Shown piece after piece: positions 1 to 13,486 of a DNA stretch of 64,000 bases. Positions within the stretch are counted from its first letter, which is position 1. The number at the start of each line of letters is the position of its first letter. This DNA comes from Takakia lepidozioides (taxonomy: Eukaryota > Plantae > Bryophyta). Under the pieces are notes generated by a model, which saw nothing but the letters and a program-made list of their open reading frames with translations, ran no database searches and was not told the origin of the DNA. Location: contig CM060734.1 in the NCBI GenBank assembly GCA_030704615.1, positions 57,288,001 to 57,352,000 of the forward strand. The letters are read 5' to 3'. The position numbers were made by a program, and so were the translations under genes.

Positions 1-34
1 TGTGTCATTTGGTCTTGTTCGTATTTTGTTGCAG

Positions 35-1951
35 TCTTTTGTTGTGTCGGAGCACTGGCTATAGCAGGAGCTTTACATCATGTGGATAAAGATCTCTTGG
101 GGTGGTGGCTTTGTGAGCGTCAGGTCAAGTCTGGGGGCCTCAATGGGCGCCCTGAGAAACTCCCTGATGTAAGTGTTCCATTTATGCTGGTAATTAAGGG
201 GCCATGGTTCGGGAGTCTAGAAGTGAAATGATATGTGTGTGGGAAGAGAGAGAGGCAGATTCATGTGTATAGAATGCAGAAAAAAGCAGGAGTGCCAGTC
301 CTGAGGCAGAAATAAAAGTTTTTGAGATCATGGAATCCTTTTAAAGGTGAACATGCTTGCAGGTGTGCTACTCATGGTGGGTACTGTCAAGCCTTGTGAT
401 GTTGGACCGTGTTCATTGGATTGACAAAAAAAAGCTTGAGACATTTATCCTTAATTGCCAGGTAAGATTGTTCCTCATGGAAAATGCTGCGAGCTTGCAT
501 CTGAAGAGCCTTTAGAACTCAGGTTTCAAATTTTATCTCTCTCAAGTCTTTTTATATTGAGTTATGGAAAGAACTGGTCAGCTTAAATATATAGTGGCTC
601 TCAACCTGCTGTTGAGAGTAAATAAGGTCCCTAAATCACTACTTGGGTGGAAGCATCCTGCTTTGTAAATAGGAATGGAGTGAAGCTGAGATGATTTCTT
701 TTCTGCAATCAATCATACGCTTTGATATTTATCGTCAGTTCCACTGGTACTGAAGGCATCCATGGGTATCATTATGTCTGTTTGTGCCTGTTTTTTCACT
801 CATCCACATACAAGACGTTGTTCTGAGCAGAGACACTTGTAAGGTGATTGGCTCCATTTGAAACTCTTCGGAGTTCCGATTTATGTAAGAGAATTGTCAA
901 AAAGAGAAATGAATAGAAAACACAAATCCAAAATGCCCAGCCTGGAATGTTCTATGCTACGCTTAAAGACTGGTTGGGTAACTTATCCATGCATTGTTTT
1001 CATGGACAGGATCCAGAGTCTGGCGGAATATCTGATAGGCCCGATGATGCGGTGGATGTTTTTCACACCTTCTTTGGTGTAGCAGGTCTTCTATCTTACA
1101 TGTTTTCTTTCTTCTTGTCAAACATGTCAAACGTGTCAATAATTTCTGCTTGTCAAGTATTGAAGCTCGGAGTCCTCCTGGAGTATACATGGGGGTGGTT
1201 TGCCAGTGGTAGTTTGTCTGATGTGGCAGCTTCTTGTCTGGCATGTTGAGAGATGTGTGGGCAGAGCATGAACCCTCCAAGAGTCTAACCCAAACCTGAG
1301 CCCAGTGGCCATAATATCTGTGCACAAACATTGCAATCTTGTTGTAGGGAATTGGCTGTGGATGTACAGGATGGTATAGACATTTTGCCAGCAAACTGAA
1401 TGTGGATTTTAGCACTCCTGCTCCAGCCCATCTGGCCAGTGGCCATAATATCTGTGCACAAACATTGCAATCTTGTTGTAGGGAATTGGCTGTGGATGTA
1501 CAGGATGGTATAGACATTTTGCCAGCAAACTGCACTCCTGCTCCAGCCCATCTGGCCACACTCCTAGAAAGGGAGAGAATGTACTACAAGACGTTTGTGA
1601 AAGCCTTGTGGCCGTAGACCCTGCTCCCAGTTTTGGCGGAACTCTAGAAAGGGAGAGAAGGAAGAGAGAGAGAGACTTGTCCTAGAGCTTAAATAGGCAG
1701 GATAGAGATGGTGAGATGACAAACAGAACCAGACAGGGCTAATGAATCATGAAATAAATTCTTTGTGTTGTTATTTGGGTACGATTGAGTGTGCTGGTTT
1801 TCCTCAAACAGTTGTGATGTGGTTTTGAGCAGGTTTGGCTTTATTGGAGTATCCAGGGCTCAAGCCCATAGACCCGGCATATGCTATCCCAGTGGAGGTT
1901 GTAGACAGAGTGTTCTTCGGGGTTCAGACGGGACCCAAAAGAGGGCTATGA
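35..1951 (+). CDS. RGTB: Rab geranylgeranyltransferase (GGTase-II) beta subunit, 3' part; exons 35-168, 363-461, 1010-1085, 1833-1951; 5' exons lie outside the window
   Basis: GT/AG-bounded exons translate to [41 protein letters not shown] / [11 protein letters not shown]...FILNCQ / [26 protein letters not shown] / [26 protein letters not shown]...*, the conserved prenyltransferase beta C-terminus with the DVCY Zn-ligand motif. Confidence 0.93.
1303..1558. repeat. Intronic direct duplication (~95 bp core twice, plus a 27-bp segment twice)
   Basis: CAGTGGCCATAATATCTGTGCACAAAC...GCCAGCAAACTG at ~1303-1398 and ~1437-1532; GCACTCCTGCTCCAGCCCATCTGGCCA at 1412 and 1532. Confidence 0.85.
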
Positions 1952-2299
1952 GAGCTTGTTTTTCCGCATTTCATGCCCACACTTTTCGCTTTTCATTCAC
2001 TGCGAGGAGCTTTGACAGTGGATGCAGAGCATATGGTGCCTAACCTTGATCATCTTCAAGGCCCTACCAAATTCTTATATTATCTCGCATTGATTGGACA
2101 GAACCGATCAAATGGGGAGCGCATATTTGGTTAGATTTATGTGAGAACACACAGCACAGTCGTAATGGTTTTCTGCTGGGTGGATGGTTTCCTACTGTTG
2201 AAGAGATTGCACTTATTAGTCAGCAGTGCGCATATTGCAAGTCATGTTAGCAGGGCTGAGTTTCTCACTACACTGGGTATAGGGGATTTTTTCGTTTTA

Positions 2300-3450
2300 A
2301 AGCTTTAAATCCCTGCAGAGGAGTTGGGCGCAAACACTCAGAAAGTCCCCTTTCAATCAGGGTGCTTGGGTTTCTCAATGTGATGGAAGTTTGTATTGGG
2401 TTTGGATTGGCTTAACCTTTATGCCAAGTATTGGACTGAACCTCTGTTGAACCTCTCACTATGACATTGAACTGGGTTGTGTGTTGTACATCTGGGGTCA
2501 AAGAGTCTGCACGGAAGCACCAACTAGTATTTTTCCATGGGATGTTTGCTGACAAAATCTAACACCTCTGTGTTGTTAGCAGAGAAGAGGGCTTCTTTCA
2601 ACTAACTTTGGGATGTCCCGGGTATCATCCGAGGAACTGTATAGGACAAGTGCCCCATTCCAGATTCTTCAAGTATTGTTCTGTGCCTCCTTTTGTTGAG
2701 TCTCATCTGACAACGCATTTAACATGCTCCAATGTGTTGGGCTGTATGCATAATCATCCTCCCACTTGTACAATGTTCGATCAAATTCATTGGTTGGAGT
2801 TTTACCACACTCAAGATAATACTTCGGATTTTGGGAATCAACTACAGTTGTTTTGTCGTCATTGGCAACTCTATTGCTGTGAATCTTTCTGGTTGTGCAA
2901 CATCATGTGGTTTACAACATAAGAGTGCCAAAGTAGGATTCTTCCTCTCCTTGGGTGCTGTAGAGAGTGTAGAAGATATTCCGAGGATACTTTACCTAGT
3001 AGGCATCCATTGGCAACCAAGAAGCCTCTTGGGAGAGGTCTCAAGACGATACTCAAATATCGCTTGTCTCTTTGTTTATGATGTATTCTCAATGATCTAA
3101 CTCCTTGAGAGGATGCAACATCCCGCTTACTTTTATAACAAACAAACGCAAACGATCAGTGTCCAATGTATGACCCCTGTAGGCCATCTCCTCCAGAAGT
3201 GCTCTGCAGACAAGTCGAGGAGGTGGCAACTTTGGATTGCACACATTGCAGTTTGCAGCATTCAAATTTGAGGGGGACTGCCCGGACCCCAAGGCCTTCA
3301 CAGGCAGGTAATTTACACTACTTGCTCTAATGGCCATGAGGAGCCACTGATTGACATTCTACAGAGGTAAGTGGTCCAGGTTGTCAAGTAGTACTTGGGC
3401 TTTAGAACCCATGAAGTGAGCCATTTCCAGGCAACAAATTTTCAACAGCC
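2300..3450 (+). mobile_element. Highly decayed L1-type LINE reverse-transcriptase relic
   Basis: Broken motifs in the expected order: HGMFAD (~2536), SCGLQHKSAK (resembles SGLxINxxK, ~2903), YL(G)IPL across a frameshift (~2993), RGG-L (~3215). Confidence 0.4.
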
Positions 3451-3472
3451 TGACAGGTACTGGATTGGTAAT

Positions 3473-3492
3473 CCCTAAACCCTAAACCCTAA
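3473..3492. repeat. Interstitial plant telomeric repeat (CCCTAAA) x~3
   Basis: CCCTAAACCCTAAACCCTAA read directly. Confidence 0.85.
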
Positions 3493-6400
3493 GGACTCAT
3501 CCCAAACGTTCAAGTCCTCAGGTTGTCTGATCCTGATTTGTGTGCTGTTGGGTGGGAGTATAATTAAGTTTTCTTCAAGTAAATGTTCTATAAGCTCCTT
3601 GATGGGAACCTTCCGAGGCCCCTTCACCTCCAGACAATAATCCAACTCCTCACATGGTCGTTGAAACTTGTCAGTGGGACCACCGCCGATTTGGCAGAGC
3701 GCCTCGACCACTTGCTTCATCGATGGACGTCCTCGTCCACGATGGGCCAAACACCAAACTGCCAACTGTGCCACACACTCTATGGCGTCCAGGCTCACGG
3801 AACCGTCTTCCAGGAGCTTGGAGTCCACAATTGTATGGAGATTACCCTGCTGTACTGCGGGAACCCAGTGCACCTCTGGCAAGTTAACACCCAAATCTTC
3901 TCTCCTGCCCAATGGTTTCTGAGAGGTGATCAACTCCAGCAACACCACACCGAAACTGTATACATCACTCTTGTCTGTCATTTGCCCGGTATAGATAGCC
4001 TCCGGGTCCATGTATCCATTTGTCCCCGCAGGTTGAGTTGACACATGCGTCGCATCGTTGTGGACCAGGAGAGAGATTCCAAAATCCGAAACTTTCGCGG
4101 TAAGTCTATCATCTAGGAGGATGTTCGAAGACTTGATATCTCTGTGAATAATGGACTTGGGAGAGGCGTGATTGTGGAGGTAGGCCAAGGCCTCTGCAGT
4201 ATCGATTGCAATTTGCAAGCGTTGGCTCCAATTCAATTTTCCCTCGTCCGAGCGATTTCCATGCAGGTGGTCACAGAGGCTACCCTGTGACATGTACTCG
4301 TACACAAGCAGCGGGACACTCTTCTCCAGGCAACATCCGAGCAGCTTGACTAGATTGCGGTGGTTGACCTGCAACAAAACCGCCACCTCGTTCAGAAGCT
4401 GCTTTACGCCATCGGCTCCCAAATTCCTCCGCGGATTTGGTTTCTTCACTGCCACATTTGTCCCACAGTCTAGGGTGCCATGGTACACTTTACCAAAACC
4501 ACCTTGGCCAATCTCGACAGTATAACCAACCGTGGCCTTGTGGAGCTCTGTGACTGAAAACTTTCTTCCTACATCTTTGGTACCGATTTCCTTGTAGTGT
4601 CCTAACTCAATCCGACGCCTCTCGCTCTCTCCTCTTATTCGCCACACGAGTGCAATGAGGATAATTACAACCACAAGAAAGGGACCAACCGTAACACCTG
4701 CCATGTGTACATAGGTATCAAATTGAGTTGAATATACCTGTAGCTATGACTAACTGAGAACTAACTGCCCTGGCAATTTTTGAATCTCTTAAGATGATGG
4801 ACCCACAACGAGAAAGCAACACAGTTAATGTACACTCAACACAGCAGCAAAGCTATGGCTAATCTGGTCACATGCAAGTTTCGGATCCCTTCAAAGAAGC
4901 ATTCGTCACTTTTAGGATCAACCTTATTAATTATCCAACGTAACGTAGTGTGATCAGGCTAGTACATACAATAAATCAGATTCAACTTCTAGAGTGTTCA
5001 ATTTCTCAGGGAAAGCCTGTCAGTTCATTACCTACAACCAGTGCAGTGTTGTCAGCCGAAGAATGACAACCAGTCCCGTTTATGAACCCATTGCCAGAGA
5101 ATCCCTTGTTGCAGGTACAGATGTAGGAACCAGGCGTGTTGATGCAATGAGCATCCGCGGAACACTTGTTCAACGTCGGATCCAAACACTCATTGATGTC
5201 TGCAGTTGATCTACAGCTTGCTGTGAGGGTTTTGGACTACAACAAACAGAGGGTTCAGACATATCTAATGTGTTATTAGTAACCTCCTACACATCTAAAT
5301 GGTTCGAAAGACTGAAGACGGACAATCCTGTTTTATGATTCACTAGTTCCTAAATGCTCGACAATCGTTACACGATGATGATGACACTGTCGGTCACACA
5401 ATGGTCATACAATGCTTAAAGAGAAAAAAAGAAGCATGCGTACAAAGAAATAATTATCGCGCGCTACTAGGGCAACCCTCCATAGTAGTTAGTTAGCCTA
5501 ACTTCTTCAAGTCTGCTACAGCATATGTGAAAACTCAGATAGTGAGCCAAATTTCAAAATTTCAAGTCTCTCGATGTCAGATGCACTTCTCGTTGTCTTG
5601 TGCATGAATAACCACAAGGGATCACATGTGCTAGGACAAAGCGTATCTAACCTGACTGGACACCTAGTTGATCACAGGTGCCACAGTAACTCATGACCAA
5701 AAGGTACTCGTAGAGCTAGTCGGATCTACAGTTCTAGTGACTAGTCCGGAGGTGGTCGATAAATGTGCAATGCTAAGTGAGCACTTGAAGTAGGAAATCC
5801 TGCCGAGCTCTCCCTGCTCTCGAGCTCACTCTCTAGACACTAGTCTCTCTGAGACAAGTTGTGCGTTACATAGATCAACGACTTTGAGGACAAATAGTAA
5901 TACTGTCAGTCAATACATACTCGCATAACTCACCGACGCATTTTGTGCCGTTGGTGTATCCGTGCCCAGTGTACCCATCGTTGCAGAAACAATGGTAACC
6001 GTAACCGCCGATTTGAGTCATTACCATTATCTCTGATTCTTTGCAGAATGCATTGCTGTCGCAATAACCCGTATCACGACAGCCATAAGTATTCTTAGGC
6101 CATCGAATTGACCAAGCCAGCTCAAGACCGTACTGACCACCTCCTGGAGATGGATCCCCGAAGGGATTTTGATAACTCGCAGGGTAAATGACTGTCGAAA
6201 TACCGCAATCACCATTTGAGCAGGTCCCTCCAAAGAAGGACAGATTTTGAGTGCCGGCTGCAATCGGAATCGAGCAACAGGGGTAGCCGGCACAGTATGA
6301 AGCGGCCGTTGGCAAGGCCAGCCCCGTACGGCAACTCCCGCTGCACGATTCATATATTGTCAGATTTCCAGTCGCATAAAAACCCGCAGCAAAGAATGCA

Positions 6401-6879
6401 TTATTCCCTGTGAAAGCATATGGAGAGTCCGGTGGAACGCCGACTTGGGCATAGCCCAGCGATGAATAATCACAAGACCTTGCTTGTATGCCTGTTGCGT
6501 TGATCAGGAGGGTGGTGCTCAAAATTTCCGTAACTTGAAGCTTTTTTCCGGAGAGGGATTCGAGGAACAGAGCAGGATTGTCTGCAAGCCCAGAGCTGCT
6601 ATCATTTATGCAACTCAACTGAAAATCTGGGAGTCCACATCCCGCACTTGTGCCGAAGGGGTATTGGATACTAACATTCCCACACGACCGTGCGCAATCT
6701 GTCGTGTCGCTCGCTGCCGGGATTACAGTTGCATATAGGAGACACAGGAACACTGTAAGATTTGCAATCAATTTGAATCCTGTTGGCCAAAATCTTGAGT
6801 CTCTTAATCGGGCCTTATGTGGCCCAGCACGGTGGAACATCTTGATACTGCAAGAAGCTGTTGAGCTTCTGATGGGCAT
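3475..6879 (-). CDS. Wall-associated receptor kinase (WAK) copy 1: GUB_WAK domain, 2 EGF modules, TM, RD kinase; exons 6879-5934, 5199-5032, 4697-3475
   Basis: CARSCGNVSIQYPFG (GUB_WAK), DINEC...CINTPGSYIC (Ca-binding EGF), TM GPFLVVVIILIALVW, kinase motifs GQGGFG, VAVK, HRDIKSSN, DFG; phase-1 introns join in frame. Start codon uncertain (6879 or 6840). Confidence 0.92.
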
Positions 6880-8321
6880 GTGGAGCAGCTGGTTGGCATT
6901 TATCTTCTCACCCGCAACTGTACTTCATGCTTCGTCCGGCCCCAAAACTGATCAGAAGAGTTGACCGAGATCTGGGTTTAGGGTCACTAGCTTGACAAAC
7001 AACTCGCCCAATAGACTGTAATTCTGCACTGATGAGTCCAGAATGTTAACGTCCAGCTATTTAACTAGGTTCAAATCTTACAACTAGATCCAAAGCTGAA
7101 TTCTGGATTAGGGTTTAGGGTTTGGAGCTCTCTGCATTTGGGCTGGAGCTGTGATTTACGACAATTTGCGAAGATTGCAGTATGTACATAACTTAATCTT
7201 TTAAAGAGTAATCTTAATTCTATGGGGCCCACCCACGAAAGGGCGCAGTAGCCGCAAGGCGAAGTGGCTCTTAGTTACGCCGGCTGCGGCCGGAGTCATC
7301 ACTGTTCTAATAATTTATTTATTTATTCAAGAAAAAGGGACGGAGGCCCTGTAAATCATATTAAAATACCATGGAAAACATAACCATGCGAAAGTCCATG
7401 AAGGATACATCAGGACGATGGGGTAACACCCTAAACCAACCATTGTTGGGAAGCTGAAAGAGTAAGTATATCCTTATATCCCCAACATGACTCGGTCAGC
7501 TAGGATAGGACTAGGAGAGCAGCTAGAAAATCTGGAAGCTAATACTTCAGATGAACTAGGAACCTGTTAAGCTAGAGGCAAAGAAAGGAAACCAGGTTGA
7601 ACCTTAGTGAAGATCTCTAATAAGTTTTTATAATTTAATATATTATGTGACTCCGAATAATTATTAAATAATTAGAAAAAAATTAAGGGGTTCTAATGCA
7701 GACCCTTGTATAATAAAAAATCTTTATTATGGAGAACACTATGAATAATGTAAGAACTTAATGCAGGCGTACGATCTTTTGACATGAAGGTACCCAGTTT
7801 TCGGCTTCCCCATCCCCTCTTATAGATTGGAACAGGCGACATTGGAATGGGGTTAAACCAAAGTGATGTGGTCATACTGGGCTTACACCAGGATTATAGC
7901 TAGTGGGGTGACATGGGGTTTACACTAGAGTAAGGGGTCTCATTGGGAGTGGGTGATGGGGGGTTATAATTGGGTTAGACTAGAGTGATCGGGTTACACC
8001 CGTTTGAGTTACACCTGGTCTCGAAATTTGACTAAGTCAAAAATTTGGCCAAATATAAAATGTACTAAGAGGAGTTACACAAGAATGGGGTGACTCAAAC
8101 CACAGGAGCCGGGGGAACATCGGTAGGAGTGACACTCCCACAAAAGCCAGGGTGATGTAGAGTGGGGTTACACTAACATCCATTAAAAACTGATCCCTAC
8201 ACCTTACCGCCTCACCTTATTATTGTATTGCAATATTGTAATTTTCAGGTATGGCTCTTAGAAGTCCTTGAAGGCTCTGTGAAGTCTTTCATCAAGATAA
8301 CCATAATAAGACATGACAAGA

Positions 8322-8354
<33 letters not shown>

Positions 8355-8784
8355 TGAGTTGCCCCCTAAGACAATATCACAATGTTCAACAAGCCACACA
8401 CTGCGAAAGGTCTATCAATTGCGGCAAAAGTAACCCCTAAAGGACCACGACCCATTTTTGGGCCTCAACATGTCATTCAATCTACTCTAAGAGCCTTGGA
8501 TCTAAGTAAACCAAATCGGGCCCCACCAATTAGGTTGTCTGCAGCTTGGAGTTAGGGACAAATATGACTCTCTTGATTTTCTCCTAGGCATGCCATGGTA
8601 CTTGTGTTTGTGATCAAAGCACAACTCCACTCACTGTTGGAAGGAAGTTGGGGAGGTGTAGTAGTTCATGGCACACAGACAGGCTTGGCTATCTACTCTG
8701 ACCTCCCACTAATATGGCAATGTGGCAATTGGTTTGTTGGACTAGTATATAGGTGAAGGATTGGTATATGTTTTGCTAGATGCA

Positions 8785-9243
8785 CTGGTATTAGATATCA
8801 GACCAGTCTGGTATCATTTGGAAGAATACTTGGTCATATACCAAGCCAGGCTGGTATCAGTTTCTTCATACCAGCCACAATACCAGTACTCCCCCTCTAT
8901 CTTCCTCATTTACTCTGGTATGTGTACTATACTAGGTTATGTGTACATATGCCTACATACTTGTACTTATGTTTATTTATTTCTTTATGTGTATTGTATT
9001 TGTTCTCACTTGATACTTGCTATTTGATAAACTTGTAATTCGAGATGGCTTTGGAATGATACCAGGATCAGATATATCATACCAGCTGGTATTGTGGTCA
9101 TGATACTCATACCCATACTCATACTAGTATCAGGATAAAAGTACATCCACCATTATATAGACCAGCTGGTATGAAAGTTTTGTGATACGTCTAGTACCAG
9201 GATCAGTCTGGTATGTCCTAAACCTGATACCAGAACAACACTG
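8785..9243. repeat. Cluster of TACCAG/CTGGTA motifs in both orientations; possible non-autonomous hAT remnant
   Basis: Many (A)TACCAG and CTGGTA(T) motifs; right end GAACAACACTG reads CAGTGTT on the minus strand, as in hAT termini. Matching left TIR and TSD not found. Confidence 0.35.
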
Positions 9244-10029
9244 GTTTTTATGAGTTTATCTTGAAATGGGCTGGCCCATTCTCGCCACAAAAGCACAAAT
9301 TCCCAAATCAGGCCACTAATTACATCTGGTTAGAGGTATTTAGCCAAAAAAAACTGTTTTCTGGCCTTTTGCTGCCTATAATTTTATAGAGAGGTGGTAC
9401 AAAAGTTTCATAGTTGTGCCAAGTTGGGCATGGCTTTCTGCTTTTAGCGAAGGTGGCTATTACATGGCAAAATATGAATAGCCAGCAAAATGGTTCATAG
9501 CTCATCTACCCCATCTTCTAAGGAAGTCCCATCAAATCTGCTTCTTTTCAGCTGAAATTTTGCAGAGATATGCTTAATATCTCAATTATGGACTGTAATC
9601 TGTTCTCGTCTATTTCCAATTGGAAAAAATTTCCATGATTTGTTTTGCCATACAAAATTTGAGGAAGACAAGGTGGACCTTACTGCCAAGGACTTCTCCT
9701 ATACTTACTTATAAAATGAAAGGGAGTAGTAGTGGCTTTGTCTGCATAGGATTTTGCATAGTGTTGTAAGTGTGGTCAACTGTCGATACATACACCGCGT
9801 GAAGACCAAGACTCTGGTGCCCATATTTGAGGGGGCCCAGCAAATTACTGTCCACATCCAGAACCGTCACCCATACTTAAATTGAATATTCATTAGGACT
9901 TTTGTAAGATTTTACTTAGGCAGGAAAGTGTGTTGTGTTACGAAATTAATTTACTCTCCTCAAGATTTGTGTTTAGGTAAAAAGGATGATCCTTTCCCTA
10001 ACCAAGATCTTAAATTGTGGAGGTTTGTA

Positions 10030-10178
10030 GCCCAGTGGTAATGGGCACAGTGGTTGTGGGTTCAATCCACTAATTGGTGTCACAAAGGTGTCCACCTTCC
10101 TGCTGGAACGCAGATAGCCCTTTGGGGTCAATAGACACCATATTTACGTTTCCTTGGGGAAGTGTCATATTATATATA
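10030..10178 (+). mobile_element. tRNA-derived SINE-like insertion with 12-bp TSD
   Basis: A-box-like TAGCCCAGTGG, B-box-like GGTTCAATCC, (TA)n tail, flanking direct repeat TGGAGGTTTGTA at 10018-10029 and 10179-10190. Confidence 0.65.
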
Positions 10179-10894
10179 TGGAGGTTTGTACCAATTTTCT
10201 CTTTTTATATGCATGAGCGTTTCTCCAAAGATCTTATGAACCCTTAACTAATGCAACCCCACAACATATCCGTTCAAATGTACCCAATTGACTTTGACTT
10301 CATTTTTCACTAGGTCCTGAAGATCATTTATAGCCAATGAAGTGGCGGATCTGCTTCAATAAACTCCAGTGATTTGAGGCATGTGAGAGATGGAATTTTC
10401 CAAAGTCAAGAGGGTAAAAAAAATGCTGGACTGAGGAGGGCCGGCATTGTTGAGTATCCAAGTCGTACTTGAGTCTATGCCACCCATCTTCATACATAGT
10501 CAAACAAATGTATGGAAATATATGAGAAATGTTCCTGGACAACCACCAAAGCTCCAAGAATTTCGTAGTTTTGCTACTTCACAAAAATTTGAAGTCAATC
10601 CAAGGCTTAAGCAAACATAGTTATCATATATGACAATGCATCAGACTTATCATGTATCATGTATTTCCATGCATTACTAATACTTTATCTCTAATTCTAT
10701 TTATTTATTATGCTGTCCAATTGGCCTCAGGTGCTCTTCACTTAATATATTCAAGGAGATATTGCTGGCCAAAATCTGAATTTTAATCCCTTGAACTCTA
10801 TTATGTTTTAATAGAGTATGGGGCACTCTAGTTCAATGTAATTGTCTAGGTTACCTTCCCTTTTTCTCCTCCCGCTTCTCTCTTGCTCTCTCTC

Positions 10895-12014
10895 TTGCCA
10901 TGAGATTGTCTGATGAAAATGAAGTTAGGCAGAAAACTTCCCTGAACTTGTTTCCAGTCTGTGACATGGGGGAGGACATCTTGGATGACCTCAAGGGTCT
11001 ACCCACTCTCGGCACTAGACTGAAATTTAAACTCAGGGCAGGAAGCCTACCTTTGAACAGCAAACAGAAGCAGAGAGGAAAGGGAGAGTGCAATTGCCCG
11101 TTGTGTGGGCAATCTGAAGACAATATTCATTTTCTGATACACTGTCCGGGGTTCTCTCACCAAAGAGACGCACTCTTCAAATCTATTAAGGGAATTGTGC
11201 CTGTACCCTGTTTACCAACTTTGAAAGTCTCGAGGCTGAGCCAAAAGCCCAGGGACTCTTGAGGCCTAAGGTAGAAACACCCAAATATGAGCAGGTCTCA
11301 AAATGGACCCCTATTTTTGGGGTGTAAAGTGGTCCCGCCTGCCCTTAAATGACGACCTTACTGCCGGGCTGATTTAGGTTCCTTCATGGGCATTGTGGGC
11401 CCCATGGTGCTTTGTTAGATGAACAAAAACGTACTGAATATTGTGACCAGCGTATTTGCCAAATGGAGGCCTTTTATAGGATACCTTTTGCTCTTCGAGT
11501 TGTTGGGTGAGTTATTGGGCCATTTCAAGTGCACATCTCGTGCATATCAGGTCACATGTAGGCTTCATATTAGATAATATTTCAGTGAGTTATGGTACCC
11601 TCCATAGCTCAGGCATAGCATTTCTGTGCCCTGCCACTTTGATAATATATATCAATTAGCCACTTCGTCCAAAATTCATGCAATTCAAACCACAAGCTGT
11701 TTGTTCAATTGCTCATCCAGTCATATAATTTTTCCCCTTACCGCACCAATTGTATGGGCATATCTGCTTAAGCGCTCACATTTGGGTGTAACTACCTTAG
11801 TTTTTGGGCAAATCACACACAACAGATTGATGCTTGTGTGAAGGGATTTCTAGAGGATATCTGGAAAATCCGGATTAATTCTTTATATGGAGGTAAGTCT
11901 TACTACCAACGTCAGCCCCTGACAGAGGTAGGTTCTGTCCCTTTTGTTCCCGCTCAAACTGGGCGCGGGGTCAATGGCCACAAGGCTACGGCAAACAACG
12001 TCTTATGAGTACAA
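10895..12014 (+). mobile_element. 5'-truncated copy of LINE family A, interrupted by a MITE
   Basis: Near-identical to 17978-18566 (same CPLCGQSED..HFLIHCP finger and same TGAGTACAA end); imperfect TSD TCTC(T/A)TGCTCTCT at 10879-10891 and 12015-12027. Confidence 0.9.
11269..11797. mobile_element. 529-bp MITE with ~24-bp TIRs and TA target duplication (Tc1/mariner-type signature)
   Basis: Left end AGGTAGAAACACCCAAATATGAGC, right end reverse complement AGGTAGTTACACCCAAATGTGAGC; TA on both sides; the empty site GAGGCCTAGTTTTTGGG is present in the full LINE at ~18344. Confidence 0.88.
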
Positions 12015-13486
12015 TCTCATGCTCTCTTGCTCCTTCTTCATCCTGTATTTAATAAGCCTAAGCCTAGGGTTATTTCTTTATGTTTTGAATGTTGAATCTG
12101 TCGCGCTGTCTTCTTGTGTTATAGAAAGTCTATTTGCAGGTCCCTCTAGGAGAAGCTAATGACATCAGTTTTGGAGGGGGGGGAGGGGGTGGGCTAACAA
12201 ATGTTATATAGGATGTAGGGTACCTTGACCCTGAAGTTGTGAGATAGTATTCATTTTGGTTTTCTTCCTTTGTTTATGGTAAGGGGGTTTATTCCAAATT
12301 GTTTACCCATTCCCGTCAACAATAAAGAGCCCCAATATCAAGGTTGCACACTGACGTGACCTGAAGTCACAACCTTACGCTGATTATTACCACGCTGATC
12401 CAACCCCTTGATCATTACCAACAACACAAACAGCCTCCGCAACCTTGTGCAGAAGTCTAGCTAGCTAGCAGGGCCAGTATATCATGATTTCACTATGCAA
12501 ACACGCAACCCCATGTGGTTACAGTTAGTGATAGAACATAGTCCAGACTTCAGACCTGAACTACTAAGGCCTACATATTTTAATTTCACTAGACAAAATA
12601 ACCCCAAAGTGTTTTTTCAAGATTTTGGGGAAATTTCTCATGTTAGGATTATCTTTCGGGGAAGAGACACTTACTGTTCGGTTGGAGCGTTTTTATCAAA
12701 ACTTACTATTCACTACAGTTGAATTTACACCTAAAATTGCTCTGTCATATTATCTTTCAGTGCAAATACATAGCAAGTTAGCTGGTGTAAGAGATTATCA
12801 CCATGAGGCTAGCTGTAGATGCTTCCCTTTCACACAGGTTTGCCAGATGATGAAATGATTGCTATTGACACTGGAGCATTCTAGCCACACCTCAGGGTAA
12901 TAGCATCGTCTGATTAGAGCTTTGCCCAAACTCAGTTTATGGCCAACCCTGCATCTGTAGCCTTGTCTTCCCCATGGCAGCAGGATGCATCAACACAAAC
13001 CGGTCCTATGTGGCTCCACCAGGGTCACCAATGAGGCCCAGGAAGTCATCCTTTATAGTCCCAATGCAGAACTGCATACATATATAATGCACAACATTAG
13101 ATTCAACTTACTCAAGGGGGTCGAGACAAACCCAAAACTTGATAACATTAGTTGCATTGGTTTAAGACACTTTTAGCACACAGGTCACTTTGAGGTGCAA
13201 TAACACCAGGATCCAATGTTCATGAATCCAGGACGCGCAAAGTCACACATGGAGTGAAAAGCATTCTCTGATGTGACATGGAAGAGAAGGCAGGCTTACA
13301 ATTTCCGTTGCATCAACGCTGGTTCCAACAATCTTGAGGCCCATGTCTTGCTCGCCAGCTGCACCCCCGTAGCAGTGCTCCAGCTTGATATCAAACCCTC
13401 CATCATGCGATGTTCACTACAGTTTCTGATTTACCACTTAAATGTCTCAAAGCTACACTCTCTCTCCCACCCACTCTTTCTCCCTG

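Noticed and set aside
963-1559. 198-aa minus-strand ORF with internal repeats
   Set aside because: Antisense to an RGTB exon and intron; the repeats come from the intronic duplication; no recognisable domain
7850-8180. Scattered GGGGTTACAC-like motifs
   Set aside because: No regular period, termini or TSD; cannot be assigned
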